DNA from: Isurus oxyrinchus
Lineage: Eukaryota
NCBI GenBank assembly: GCA_026770705.1
Contig: JANJGN010000026.1
Coordinates: 31,372,001-31,436,000, forward strand
Direction of reading: 5' to 3'
Length of the DNA: 64,000 bases
Part shown: positions 63,621 through 64,000 of the stretch, in pieces
How the letters are laid out: each line of letters opens with the position of its first letter
Position numbering within the stretch: the first letter of the stretch is position 1
The notes under the pieces: model-generated
What the model was told of the DNA's origin: nothing
Database searches by the model: none
The model's input: the letters and a program-made list of their open reading frames with translations, nothing else
Program-made: the position numbers and the translations under genes

Positions 63621-64000
63621 AAGCTTTCACTGTTTATCAGCCCATCACATTCATCACCCCACAGCTCTGGGTTGTTAAGGTGCATATTGTTTTCAAGCAA
63701 ATAATCCACATTTCTGTTATTCAGTGACCCACACAAACGGTTGCTTTCTTATGAATATTTCAAATGTAAAGAGAAAATTATTAGGCCCACCATGTACCAA
63801 TATCTAACTCATTGGAAAGATATGAAGTTATATGATTCAAACAAACCCATCAGTGATTCTCTCTTCCTCAGCTCCACAGTGAGTGGGACAGGGAAGAGCG
63901 GAGAAGCGGCAATATTCCGGCCCCACACTCTCCAATCACCCGCTGCCAGCAGAAAGCAGCGACAGCAGCTTCAATCAGCAGATTACTGTCCATCCCTGGG

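Overview
Eukaryotic genomic DNA from a cartilaginous fish. From recall, the constant-region sequence is closest to horn shark (Heterodontus) IgM; this was not verified by a search. The core of the window is one complete, unrearranged, apparently intact + strand immunoglobulin mu heavy-chain cluster of the shark minilocus type: leader (36413-36458), VH (36587-36891, 23-RSS), D1 (12/22 RSS), D2 (12/12 RSS), JH (23-RSS), Cmu1-Cmu4 with secretory tailpiece, and TM1/TM2 (ends 54653). All splice phases are compatible and no stops were found. The flanks are repeat-dominated: a near-full-length decayed CR1 LINE, many CR1/L2/RTE/Penelope fragments, tRNA-derived SINEs, a 27/54-bp satellite with a ~1.1-kb higher-order repeat, and several decayed tRNA genes at the 3' end. 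Most worth a second look: (1) a ~1.3-kb G-rich, RGYW-containing 24-bp tandem repeat in the JH-Cmu intron, where mammals have the S-mu switch region; (2) a signal-joint-like nested heptamer in the D1 3' RSS; (3) a RUNX/ETS/E-box cluster and a CTCF site upstream; (4) hammerhead-core-bearing Penelope ends. No prokaryotic features or CRISPR arrays are present. Boundaries of repeats and mobile elements are approximate.
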